Assembly: GCA_012295275.1 (NCBI GenBank)
Contig: CM022673.1
Span: forward strand, 9,424,001 to 9,488,000
From: Chrysomallon squamiferum
Lineage: Eukaryota > Animalia > Mollusca
Direction: 5' to 3'
DNA length: 64,000 bases
Shown one piece after another: positions 1 to 13,781 of this stretch (its first letter is position 1; every line of letters starts with the position of its first letter). The notes beneath the pieces were generated by a model that made no database searches, was not told the origin of the DNA, and saw only the letters and a program-made list of their open reading frames with translations. Both the position numbers and the translations under genes were made by a program.

Positions 1-278
1 TAATAATCAACATTACTGTCAACTCTCAGAGATTTGTTTACTTGTGTTTTGGTGTATTATTAGATACAGGCTGTATAACAAGCGTATCATGTATCAGGTA
101 CAACCCACTTCTTTGTGTGCTTTTTGATCCACCGAAGACTAACGCATGTTTACAGTATTACTGAGTGTGAAAGGAGGTTAGTGTGTCTGTGTGTGCCACG
201 CGTTTGTGAATGTGGATGCATAAATCAGTGTAAGCATGCATACAAATGCATACATGTAGGTAGCTATGTAAGTATGAT

Positions 279-520
279 GATAGATAGATTGATAGATACA
301 TATATACATTCATAGATAGACATAGATAGATAGATATAGATAGATAGATAGATAGATGATAGATAGATAAACAGATACATATATACATACATAGACAGAG
401 AGAGAGATAGACAGATATAGAGAGATAGATGGATAGATAGATAGATATATAGAGAGATAAAAATATAGATAAATAAATAGATAGAATGACAGACAAACAG
501 ACAGATAGATATAAGAGAGA
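279..520. repeat. (TAGA)n-type degenerate microsatellite
   Basis: Read directly from sequence. Confidence 0.9.
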
Positions 521-682
521 TATATAGGGAGGTATGTTGATAGGTAGGATACAGAGAAACAGAGATAAACAGAGAAAGTATTCAGAAACAGACAGGTAAC
601 ACTCATTAACATTCTATTATCAACTATTGCATATTGAAATTTAAAAAATAATTTATGATATATAATCTTTCATATTGAACTT

Positions 683-856
683 CAGCAAGGTTCTTTTACA
701 TGAATCTTACAGAACATCCCACAGTCTTTGATAATTCAAACATGGGATACATGCCTGAACTGGAAATTATTCATCTAGAGCACTCAACAGGTTTGATCCT
801 GCAATAATAAGGCATTTGATATCAATAATCTGATTACTGAACCACTGACCACATTT
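683..856 (-). mobile_element. Decayed tRNA-derived SINE relic
   Basis: Shares blocks (cagcaagg..cttttacatg, cacagtctttgata, gtttgatcctgc, accactga) with other dispersed copies in the window; family resemblance is from recall, not a database search. Confidence 0.5.
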
Positions 857-2619
857 TACAAAATAACTAATGTAACTGAGCAGTAACAGATCCGATCCTT
901 GGGAATAAACCCATCTTGAGTTTCCTCAAGTTTAAAGAAAAGAGCCAAAATACTTCAATAAGATGATCACACCCATGAACAGTAAATAATAATAAATAAA
1001 TTAACTATTAAAATTACAGTAATAATTTAACAAACAAACAAAGACATGCATTTCAAAGATCAATAAAAAGATCCAACCTTACTGTAAGCAAAAATATCAA
1101 CTTCAATGAAACATTTCTATCTACAGATAGAATCCTGCCAACTTAAGACAGTAACTATCTTACTACACACCTGCAAACAACCAGACCAAAATTAATTTCA
1201 TGAAAAAGGAACATCACACATTTATTATTTAGAAAAATAAAACTTTTTAAGAGCTGCAATAAATGTCTGGAAACACACATTCCAGTCTCAATTCAGCAGA
1301 CATTAGCCGGTAATCTGGATGTATCGCATTTCCAATAAAAGACATTTTTCTGTGGGAAGAAGTTGCAAAAACTCTCCATGATGTGAGAATAACTTTCTTA
1401 ATTTGTAAACTCATGGAACGTTTTAGAAGCCGTTATGTAAGATGGAGAGCCAGGCCAGGGTGTGTGAATTAGCATGTTTTTTAGTTAAACAGGGCTTCTC
1501 CGATGTCAAACAGCTAGTGAAGAGAGCAGTAGGGGAACAAATAATGAGGGTGTGAATCTGCAGGTGCTGATCTGGTGGGGGTGGTGTCAGTGCTGTTCTA
1601 GAGGGGTGCATTTAGTGCATGTTCTGACCAATTTTTATTTTAAAAAAAAAAAATTTTTTTTTTTTTTTATTATTGTTTTAATTGCTGTTGTTGATGATGA
1701 TGGTGATGATGATGGTGATGGTGATGTTGTTTCTGATTTTTTTTTTTTTTTTTTTTTTAATGATAATTTGGTAATTTCATGTTGAAGCTTGTAATGTTAA
1801 ACGAATTCAAGTTGTTATTTTGGATGATAGATTTGTGAAGTAACTGTGATGATGAAAACAGAAGATAATGCATCATTTTGAAAAGTTAAAGAAAAAAAAA
1901 AACTTTTTTATTTAAAAAAAAATTAAAATCAGCATTATCAATACTGCCATTATCTTTTTTAAAATTTTCATATTTTTTGTTCATTTATTTATTTAGTTAT
2001 TTACTTTATTGTAATTATTTTCTATTTTTGTATACTTTTAAAGCAATAAGAATAAAATCACTGTTTCTAATAAAAAAAATATAAAAACTCTGAATCAATT
2101 TGTTTTTCTCTTTGAGCATAGACTATAGTACAAATAAAAGTAATACTGACTTCAAACTTCACATCAGTGTTTCTAAATAACTACAAATGATCTACAACTC
2201 AGTGAGATTATAAATATTTTTTGTTAATTACAGAGTATGAATGGGCAAGCAGTAAAACAGACAAGGAACACATGTAACTGAGAGTTTTTTCTGAATTAAT
2301 TTGTCTCAAGCGAGAGAGTGAGAGAAAAGCAGATGGCCCACACACACAGAACTTTCTGTCACTCTGAATACGAGCTTCATAAACACACCACAGTCAGCAG
2401 ATGAACGAATAAATGAGAGAATGAATGAATACATGAATAAATAAATAAATAAATAATAAAAGGACAAACCACAAATTGTACATCATATTCTGTCTATAAA
2501 AACTATCAATAAAGACAACACTGCAAAAGGTTTTGTATTAAAAATGTATTATTTTTCATAAACATTATTAAAAACTGTAACAACAACAATTATAAAAACA
2601 ATAATAATAATAATTATTA

Positions 2620-2660
<41 letters not shown>

Positions 2661-3327
2661 GTAACTAATAGTTAGACAACCATAAAATAGTTATCTGCTT
2701 ACAAAACAAAAATGGTTCTTCAAATTATAGCAAATAAACTCACGAAATTCTTTGATGTCAAAAATCTTACAAGGAAAAATCTCAAAAGGTTTTGGTACAG
2801 ATTATGCAAAAAATTTTATAATCTGAATTTAAAAAATAAAACTGCAAGGGAGCACACTGAAAATAATATTAAACATCAAAACCTTTATCCCAAAGAAAAT
2901 CTTCATTTTTCTTTTTTCTTTTTTTTAGAAAAAAAGAGTTTCAGAATGAAGTTTTAAATATTCAACACCAACATTTTTCCCAATAAAGCGAAAAATAAAA
3001 AGGTGGCTTATAACGAAATACGTTTTGTATTCCATCTGAAAATAAAAGAGAAAAACTGCAGAAAGGGTTTTACAAGGAATTGACTCTGAGAAAGGAACAG
3101 ATACATTTTATGATGATTACTTGAACATGTGTTTGGCAGACAGAGTAATTACATAACCTGCTGTTCAGTGTGTATTACATCACTGTGTGTGTAAAAAACA
3201 AAAACATGTTTCATGCAAGGTTTGGGTGAAGGTAGAAAGAATCCAGCTACACGTGCTAGAGTGTTTTACAAGATCTGTGTCAGAGTCTGATCAAGTTTCA
3301 GTATTTTTTCTGAATAAGAGAGTGAGT

Positions 3328-3331
<4 letters not shown>

Positions 3332-3416
<85 letters not shown>
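3332..3416. repeat. (GA)n microsatellite; similar runs at 7148-7228, 19988-20075, 20550-20632, 20766-20835, 24780-24868, 26835-26925, 31176-31340
   Basis: Read directly from sequence. Confidence 0.95.
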
Positions 3417-3420
<4 letters not shown>

Positions 3421-3558
3421 TTAGTAACATGTGATATAGTGTTTTACAAGATTTGTGTTAATCTGATCATGTTACAAATGCTTTCTGAGACAAAGAAAGA
3501 GAAAGAGAGCATTGGTATGCATATATGGAACATACAGAAAAAAATAGTCTATGTGTGT

Positions 3559-3592
<34 letters not shown>

Positions 3593-3670
3593 CAAAAATT
3601 ATATATATGTATACATATGTATGTATTATATTCATGCACAAAAATAGCAGATTCATACAAAAACTGTCAT

Positions 3671-3707
<37 letters not shown>

Positions 3708-4281
3708 TTTCTCTCTCTCTCTCCTCTCTCTCTCCATCATCTCTCCCTCTTTCTCTCTCTCTCCATCATCTCTCTTTTTCTCTCTCTCTCTCTCCATCAT
3801 CTCTCTCTTTCTCTCTTTCTATCTCTCTCTCTCTCACCCACACACACACATATACACCCACTCAGACAGGAAGAAAGAAAAAAAGGGAAAGAAAGAGATT
3901 TTTATCACATGCACTCTAAATTACAAGTATTTTATTTTACACCTGGAGGTGAAAAAAAACAACCCAACAAAAACAACAAAGACCTGAGAAGTGAAAAACA
4001 GAAGGTAAGAGTCAAGATTTCTTGTAAACTGTCAGAACAGAGAAATCTTAGAGCTGCCAAAGAAACAAGAGATACACACAAAAAAATCCATCCTAGTTGT
4101 GTCTAAATGTTTCCTCAGGCCACAGGATTCAAAGTGTTAACCTATTTTTTATACATTGTAAAACAATGTTAAAGTTATCTGTGTCAAAAATATACAATAG
4201 ATGGATCTTGCCTTAATATGGTTTGTGTTATACTGCAGAATGAGTTTTCTTTTTTTCTTTCTTTTTTTCTTTCTTTCTTTC

Positions 4282-4323
<42 letters not shown>

Positions 4324-5369
4324 ATTTTCTTTTTTCTTAATTTTGTTGTTTTTGTATTTTTGTTAGTGTTTTTTCTTTTTTCTTATTATGTATATTTAGT
4401 TTTCATTATTATTAATGTTGACTTCTTTTTTAAAAAATTATTACTGTTTAATGTAATTGTTGTTATTATGTTTATTATTATTGTTGTTGTTGTATCTCTC
4501 GTTTTTCTTCCTTTTTTTAATAGTTTCATTTTACTTGTTGTTTTTTTAATTTTTTTTTTTTTTATTTATTTATTTTAAAGTTGTTGTTGTTGTTTTTTTC
4601 ATTTAATATTTCTAAAAAGAAAAACTGAAAAGGAAAGTAAAGGAAATCCACAAAAATAACAAAGACACTAAAATCACAAAAACAACAGACTAGTATTTTT
4701 CTCTTTCTCTTTGAAACAAAATAACAATATCCTAAAAACAACACACTCTGTTTACACAAAGATTTTGTTTTGTTTTTTAACACAATATAAAAAACCTTAA
4801 AATTACACAAACATGAATTTTTCCCCTTTCAAACTGCAACAAAAGACCAACAAAGACAACAGTAACACTAGGAGGCAAGACAAATATATTTTTGTGTGCA
4901 TTTCCTTGTCATAATGTTTGTACAGTCAACAGAAGAAACACAAATAGACAGTAGTTTAATATTAGAGTCTCTAACAAGTTATGATGAGTACAGGATCAAT
5001 ACTACTTGGTGCCTCGGCAAGGTGTTTTCCTATTCCAAACAGAGCTCTGTTACCAAATATCAAAGACCATTTTGTATGTTTTCAGATCTAAGAGAAGACA
5101 AATATAAAAACAATTTCTTGCTCTGAACTGAACATTTTCAAAGAAGAAAGGTTATCAGAATTTCTTGTCAAAAAATAATTTCCTTAAAATAAACATGATA
5201 ACAATAAAATAAATAGTAAATATTTGTCTAAAGGTAATTTAATCCATATTAAAGATAACAGTTACTGAGTGTCAAACACAGATTTCCTACATAATGGTGA
5301 TATTGAACCAGCTTCTGTCATTTTTCAGTACACTTTTTAAACAACTGCAAGTAAAAGTCATTTTCATCT

Positions 5370-5660
5370 ATGATAATACTATCTTGAGGCATTGGTTGGA
5401 ATGTGAAAAAGAAAAAAATGGCATAACTTTGAAGAATAGATTCTGTTACCAACTGTACCTCAAATTCCTTCCTAACTAATGATTTACAGTCTTAATAACA
5501 ATCAGCTTTGACAAATCAGTTGTGATACACTGGTTGGAATGTGAAGTAGACAAATGGATGCATTAAGAAGAAGAGTTCCTGTGGTCTGTGGTACCTCAAA
5601 CCATTTCTTTAACCACTGATTTACAGTATGTAAGAGATGAATTCATCTTTAACAAATCTA
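5370..5660 (-). mobile_element. Two tandem decayed SINE 5' halves (about 140 bp period)
   Basis: ca(t/c)tggttggaatgtgaa...gtacctcaaa...tgatttacagt...acaaatc occurs twice. Confidence 0.55.
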
Positions 5661-6955
5661 CCAGTGAAAATCCTCACACAAACATGCTTGGGTTTTCCCC
5701 TGGCAGGTATTCAATATTTTTCACCTGTTTTGTGTAAAGTTGGTCAGAATCACAGATAAAACTGAGATGTTTGGTTTTTCCTCTGTTTTCAAGACGCCAG
5801 CCAATCTCTGTTTATACCTGGAGTAAAAACAAACACAAATATTGTTTTTCTCAGTGCCATATAATCTTCCAACTGTTAAACATAGCCTCCTGCTAAATGC
5901 TGCGGAAAGGTGAAAATAAAAGATTCCTTGCCGCTGCTAAAAGAACAGCTTGTGTGGTGTTTGTTGTTACTCGTGTATTGAAATATCACGGAAAATATAT
6001 CCCTGTCTATGAGAAGGTTCACATTAAGGATTGTTTACTGCTGACAACAGTAATCACTAATGTATTACTGGTTTCTTTTTTTGTATATCATCATTATATA
6101 CAAAAAAAAATTATATATCTGATATAATATATGAAATATAATCAGATGTGTGACATATAGTAAGATTCACTGATAAAAAAAAAATATGGCTAAGTTGTTA
6201 ATTAATTTTGATAGTTGTTTTTAGATCAGTTGTGGTTTTAATAGGAGAGATGAGGTATTGTACAATATATGGAAGAAAATAAAGTAGAAAGAACACAATA
6301 ATCATAAACAAAATGAAAGCAAAGGACTGATGGAAACATGGACTGAGTGATGGATGAATTGTTAAGACAGATGGTTAGTTTTCTGGATGGATGGATGGAT
6401 GGATGGAAGAATGAGTAAATGGATGAATGGATGAAGCCAAAACAACTTCCAGTCAACTTTAAACAGTACAGTTCCTGCCTTAGTTAACCTTTCATTATTT
6501 TAATTAATTCACAATAACTAAATAATGATAATTATTAAAAAAAAAAAAGGTGTACAGATTTCAAAAATAAATGTATAACACAAACAACAAACAAAATAAG
6601 AACTTCATAATAAGAAAAAGCAAACTTACAACAATGTTTAAACAACACACTTCTCTACTTGAATGCATGCAATGTCATTTAACATAAACACAGAGAACTT
6701 CATTACAATTAGCCATTTCTTCAGTGACATACAAGCAATATGAAATATGCTGAGTAAAATTCTGTATCTCACTCAATTAACAAACACGCCCAATACAATG
6801 ATGTCAAGCAGTGACCTGTCCACCTCGAGGTCACTCAGAGGCCACATTTGGGGTTAATCATGTCAATGATTACAGACTCGTTAACTGAATAATTAACTAA
6901 GTTGTTCATTTTTGGCTTTTTCATCTTTTTTTGATGTGGTTAATCAATCACTGAA

Positions 6956-6986
<31 letters not shown>

Positions 6987-7141
6987 ATGATTTTCTTAAT
7001 AAAGGTTCACATATATTTTTTATAAACTATAAGCTTGAATGTTTATGCATGTTTACATATTGTGTGATTATGCATGTGTGTGTGTCTGTGAATTCACACT
7101 TGAATAGTCAAATTCACGTATGTGTATACACAGATACACAA

Positions 7142-7234
<93 letters not shown>

Positions 7235-7629
7235 AAGGCAGGATTTGTCACTTAAGATAACTTAATGAAGTTGAGGTGATAAGTGTTTTGTCTAAGTCAC
7301 TGTACAGAAATTAAGCATATTTAACAGTCTGTATTAAACAATAACTAATTAAGTATATACATACACATACTCATATACTCACAGAAAATACTGACAGCCT
7401 ATAATTACAAATGAAGTTCAAGTACATGAGTTATGGTCATACTTTTCAAGGTCAGCTACCTTATTCCTAACAGACAGCATGCAAGAAAAAAGTAACAGCT
7501 GATGTACTGAATTAAACAATAACAGATTTCTAGTACAACACAGTCACAAAACTGTTATAACCTAGCCAGTGTTACATACAATGAATAACCACTGAACCTA
7601 CCAGTTAAATACTGCATGAAATTCATAGG

Positions 7630-8115
7630 GTATACATTTAAATTCTGAACTGAAAGTTTAATTTTAATTTAATTAGTTTATATAAAAAATGTATAGCTAT
7701 CTCAAATTTCATAATATGGTCAATATTTATACAGTAAAATTCAGAACAGCTACCTTTACCATCTGAATACACTATCTATAACGTGTATATTTTAATTTTA
7801 ACATGAATGTGTAATTTTGATTTAAATAATTTACATAACCATAAATTGGTAAAAGAGAACCTATCGTAAATTGTATAATCAAGTCAATATTTACATAGTA
7901 AGACATTTTAAATATCGTATACACCGTAAACATTTAATTTTTGAATCAGCGTGTAATTCTAATTTAACTAATTTATATGCTGGTAATACACAAGCTAACA
8001 TGAATTTCTTAATCTGGTCTGAAGTCACACAGCAAAGTTAAAACAGCTACGTGCGCTGTATGAATATTTTGTATTTAATGTAAACATTTTAATTTTTAAA
8101 CCAGTCTATAAATTT
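7630..8115. repeat. Degenerate array, about 150 bp period, 4 units
   Basis: gtaaacatttaattttt..gtaatttt..tttaa.taattta variants near 7630, 7783, 7926, 8080. Confidence 0.55.
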
Positions 8116-8409
8116 TGTAACCAACTGTGTAAACATTTTCTGTATTATACAACCATTTCAAATTAGAATATATGTATTTATAGATACAGATATATATCAC
8201 ACACACACATACACATACACACATAGTGTGTTGTGTTAAATACTTCTTAATTTGGTTCAAATTTTAACTGTTTTACAGCATATGTGGATGTTCCAATATT
8301 GATATTTTGGCAGATAACTAACTCCAAAATGAAATCTAGGAGTGACAGGAAATTCCATTTACAAAATCTAGGATTACCATATTTAGTAGGAGTCTGGGAA
8401 AAACTTTCC

Positions 8410-8440
<31 letters not shown>

Positions 8441-8595
8441 CTCTCTCTACTTTCTGCTGTGAATCATCCAAACTGTGTAGATGTTTTTATATCAGAAATT
8501 TAATAAATAATGAAAAAACAAACTCTGATGAAAAAAGATTAAAAAGAGTTGACTGTGATATTTTGTTACTGTCTGGAGAAACTGTATAAAAAAAG

Positions 8596-8632
<37 letters not shown>

Positions 8633-8699
8633 TAATAACAATAATATTAATAACAATAATATTAATAACAATAATAATAATAATAATAATATTAATAAC

Positions 8700-8730
<31 letters not shown>

Positions 8731-9094
8731 GTGATGACAATAATAATAATAATAACAATGTTATTCAACAAAAAATAAATATATATATATATATATATAT
8801 ATTAAGTCAGAATGGGAAAAAAAAAATTTTTTTAATTTTTTTTCTTAAATCAAATTCAAACAAACACAAAATAAAACAGGTTAGAAAAGAACGAAAAGAA
8901 AAAACAAATCCAAAAAACCTTTCATACATAAATTTTTAAAAACCTGACACAAAAATCTCTACATTTATTACCACTAGTATATTTTTATTTATTTTTTTTA
9001 TTTTTTTATCTTCAATGTTTTTTTCATAAGATAAAAGCTCTGAGATGAAAGGATGAGACGAAGAGGGACTCCAGTTTTTGTAGAACACAACTCC

Positions 9095-11075
9095 AAGCTG
9101 ATGAACAGCTGGCAGGAATAATCAAATAAGCTTTCATCACAGAAAATTCTGATTATGTGATCTTGTAGCAGATAAAGGTTGGAATGGGATATATTTCATA
9201 TTAAAATCAAGATGATGTGATCTTATAACAGGTAAAGGGTGAACCTGTGTTGTTTGAAAGAAAGAAGAATGACAGGAGAATGAAACAAATTTAAAAAGAA
9301 GAGAAAATAAATAAAAAAGTGGATTGGAACGGGATAAGTGTACTGAACATCTGGTAGGAGGAATCAAATGGTTTTTATCATAGAAAAATCGAGATAATGT
9401 GATCTTGTAATAAAAGAGTTAATCTGTGTTTTTTGAAAGAAGGAAGAATGAAAGGAGATAAAAAAAAAAAAAATACAAACAATTTAAAAACAAGAAATAA
9501 GAAGAAAGTGTGTTGGAATAGGATAAGTGTATTGAACAGTTGATAGGAGGAATCAAATAACTTTCATCTTAAAAAAATCTATATTCTTATCTTGTAGCAG
9601 GATGAAAAGTCAGCCTATATTATTTGAAAGAAAGAAGAATGAAAGGAGATATAAAAAATAAAAAATATAAAAATATAAAATGATCCGGAACGGGATAAGG
9701 GCACTGAACAGCTGGTAAAAGGAATCAAATAGTTTTCTTCACAGAAAATCTAAATTATGTGATCTTATGGCATATATGCTGTGTTGTAAAAAAAAACGGG
9801 GGAAAAAAAAGAAGAATACTCCAAAAATGTTTGTTATTTAGCTGCATAAATGCACTGACATTTAAAAAAAAAAAAAAAGCTGAATGGTTGGAATGTGATA
9901 AGTGTACTGAACAGATGACTGATGAAACCAGATTAACTTAATCAGAACAGGAAAGAAAAACTTGATGTGATTTTGCATACAGTAATGGGTTAACCTGTTT
10001 TGTTTCAAAGAAAGAGGAATGAAACAGAACAGAAAAAAGTGGTTGGAATGGGACAGATGTACTGAACAGCTGGGAAATCAGTCAGCTTTCATCACAATTA
10101 GAAGCAAAAAAAATTTTGGTGATGTGATCCTCAGGCAATAAAGAATTAACCTCTGTTATTTGAAAGAAAAAAGCATTAAAAATAAACAGAAAGCAAAAAA
10201 AAAAAGGAAGAAATATTGGTGTCTTTGAAATTAAAACTTGTTGGAATGGGATATTTTTTTACATAAACAGCTAGTAGAAGACATGAAGTAGCTTTAATAT
10301 TAGCCAAAGGCCAAGAAACAAATCTAGATAATGTGATCTCTTATCAGATAAAGAGTTTTAACCTTGAATGGAAAAAGCATCAAGGTTTACAGAAAGTTAA
10401 AAGATAAAAGTCTCTGAAAATAAAACTGTGGTTGGACTGGGATAAATGTCATGAACAGCTGACAGGGCATATCAAATAGCTGTCATCAAAAACTAGCAAA
10501 TGTAGACTATATGACCTTGCAGCAGATAAACAGTCAACATTAAAAGAAAAAAGAAGAAAAAAGGGGTAAAAAAAGAGTAAAAATATATAAAGAAGATATC
10601 TAGGAATTTATAAAAAATATATAAAATTTATAAAAAAAAGTTGGAATAGGATAAATGTTTTCATGAAAACAGTTGAAATCTTGTAAAAGGTAAAGAGTTA
10701 ACCAGTCTGAAGTAAAAGAAACCATCTAAAAAGATTTTAAAAAATTAACAAAGACCCCCCAAAAATTAAAACGAAAAAAGAAATAAAAATAGATATAAAA
10801 AATGTTGAGATGTCTTAAAATAAAAATTTTAAAAGTTGGAATGGGATAAATGCATCAAACAGCTGGCAAGAAAAACTGTGCAGCTATCATCATAAATCAT
10901 GAGAAAGTGTCAAGTTATATTGGGGTGAAGAAAGAAAAGTGAAAAAAAAAACAATTATAAGAAAATAAAATAAAAAAAAATATAGAGAGAAAAAAAAGAG
11001 AAAAAAAATGTGTGGAGATACACCTTAAAATTAAAATAAAATAGGTTGGAATGGGATAAATGTACTGAAAAGATG
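9095..11075. repeat. Degenerate tandem array, about 11 units, mean period about 187 bp
   Basis: Core TTGGAATGGGATAA(A/G)TGTACTGAACAGCTG or variants at 9179, 9324, 9513, 9685, 9888, 10043, 10241, 10432, 10641, 10836, 11046, with A-rich linkers. Confidence 0.85.
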
Positions 11076-11903
11076 TTATAATTATTATTATTGAAATTAT
11101 TACTTGAAAAAAAAAAAAAAGGAAACAGAAAAAGAATGTTACATAAAAACCAATAAATGTGGGTAAAAAAACAAATATGAGAGGCATGTGATATTAGAAA
11201 ATGAAATAAAAAATCTAAAAGAAACAAACAAAGTTTACTATTACAGACAAAACTGATAACATCAGCAAAGTCAGTCTATTAGTAAATAATTTACTTTCAA
11301 CACTCCACGTATCATCAACATATCATTTTTCATTCACATCATCACAGCATTCACCTTTATCTGAGGTTAAAACGTTCAAAGATTCCAAAACTTCTGAACA
11401 TGTGAGAAAGAATTTATGATCAGAAAAAAGGGCTTCTGGAAATAAAAATATTTTGTCCTGGGTGAATCAGACATGTCAAATATTTTAAAATCTTTCCGAC
11501 ATGTCCTGTGAATTAATCATTTAATATACCTTACAAATTAATTAATAGATATATAATGCAAAATTAATCATTAAATATATAAAAGGATACACCATGAATA
11601 TCTAAAGTATCTACTGTTTTGTTTCATGGAAAATAACTTTCAGTAATAACATGGCCCTAAGAATTAACAGTTTAATTATCTCTAAAAAAAAATTAAAAAA
11701 ATTTTAAGTATTTTTTTTCTTCTTTCTCAGAACATTTTATGGATATATTTTTTTCTCTTTTCTGTATTCCAAAATCATGTGCTAAATATTAAAATAAATT
11801 ACATAAGAGAAAAATGACAGGTGCAAGACAGTTTGTAACTTGTAAAATTTACTTTTTATATTCTAAGTTGACACTTACAAGCTTTCCAAAGCCAGCAGTG
11901 CTC

Positions 11904-11951
<48 letters not shown>

Positions 11952-13742
11952 TCTCATATGCTCAAACACACACAAACACACACACACACACACACACATA
12001 TATGTACATACACATGCAGCTAAAAGATTTAAATTTAATTATTATGACATAAATATTTACTGAAATGTTCTCTAACCAGAGACTGAAATGTTTTCTGTCA
12101 GACTGTAAATTAGTTAGTATGACATTTATTACAGGAAAGACAAAACCTATAAAAGTGAAAACAGAAAATGGCAAATTAAAAGAGATTTTTAATAAAAAAA
12201 AAAAAAATATTTCCCACATAAATTATTTAGATTAAATTTATAATAAATTAAAATAAGCTAACTAAATAAATTAAATAAATGCCAGAACATATACACATAT
12301 ATATCAGAATAAATTAAAACAGACATTTTATATATTATTTTTCATTATAATTTTAACATTATCCATAAAAAGGGTCAGAATAAATGTATCTGTTTATCTT
12401 AAATGAAATATGTGTTTTGCATGAGTACAAAACCAAAACAATCATCTCTCTCTCTCTTTCTCTCTCTCCTTTCTGTTTTGTATCTCTCTGTCTCTGCTTT
12501 TTTTCTCTCTCCCTAATTATTATTATTATTATTATTTTGTCATCATCTTCATCATCAACATCATTGTTGTTGTTATTATTATTGTTTAACCTTTAAACAC
12601 ACTCTTCTTTTCTCTTGCCTTTACTCTCTTATATAAAAAAAAAAAAAAGATAAAATAAATTACCATACATTTAGAAATATGATATATATGTATATATACT
12701 GACACAGACACAGATATCTTATTTAAATATATATCAACGTCAGACACTTTGCAAAAAAAAGGTTTTGTGCTGACAGAGGAAGTTATCAGTAGGGTGAAAC
12801 AACTGGTAAGTTCTTTTTAAAAAAAACATTCTGACTGTTTGGTAAACACACAGCAATGAATGAGATAAGAATCCCTTTATACATGGATCATGTTCAACCA
12901 GCAACATACAGCTAGACATATAAAAATGTCTGATGTCGTAAAAACAGCAAACAACCTCAGTTTAAGTCTTAAACCAGCAAGAACTGAACCTCCTTTCAGT
13001 TTTGAGTCATCCTCAACAAAACTTCTGTTCAACCTCATTTAAATCCAGGTCAACCTCAATTTGATTTTTAACCAATTTTTTTAACACACAACTTAGATGT
13101 AACCTCTTCTCAATCTCAACCTTAACCCAACCAAACCTGAACCCAGTTTGAAATTAACTCCAGATTAACACACAAATCAATCTTGTTTCCACCTCTCCAC
13201 AAACTCCGTCTGGAAGTGACATCATTTAAACACACATATATCACAGTCACGTATATCTGTGTTATTTCATCTTAATGTGTCTACATATTTACATTTCTTT
13301 TAATTTTTATTATTTTTTTATTTTTTTTAGTAATTTTTAGAGAAAAACACATGCAGAGAGACGTATAGAGATACAGAGAGACAGAGAGACAGAGATATTG
13401 ATAAACAGAGAGAGAGAAGAGAGAAGACAGAGAGAAAGAATCAATACTAAACTGTTTGACTAAAAATAAAAGTGTTAATCACTTTCATTACTGACTCTAA
13501 CAAACCAGAACCATTATTAATCAATTTTTGTGAGGATTCCAAATCAACTTTACAAATTATTGCTTGCCAACAATCATGATGTCAAAATGTATTTATTCAG
13601 AGTAATAACCATATATATATATTTTTCTTTTCCATTAACAACACACTTGGTAAACAATTGCATACAGCATTAATTTTATTTATTAAAAGATTTTTAACAA
13701 AGAATAAATTGAATAAGTCATTTAATCAATGAATATTTTTTA

Positions 13743-13781
<39 letters not shown>

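Noticed and set aside
5560-5640. tRNA gene
   Set aside because: Only a decayed tRNA-like SINE head; no intact B box or cloverleaf
9095-11075. Repeat-plus-variable-spacer array as CRISPR-like
   Set aside because: Repeats are long and highly diverged, and spacers are low-complexity A-rich DNA rather than acquired sequence
12950-13200. AACCT-rich stretch as an interstitial telomere relic
   Set aside because: No tandem TTAGGG/TTAGG units; only scattered low-complexity words
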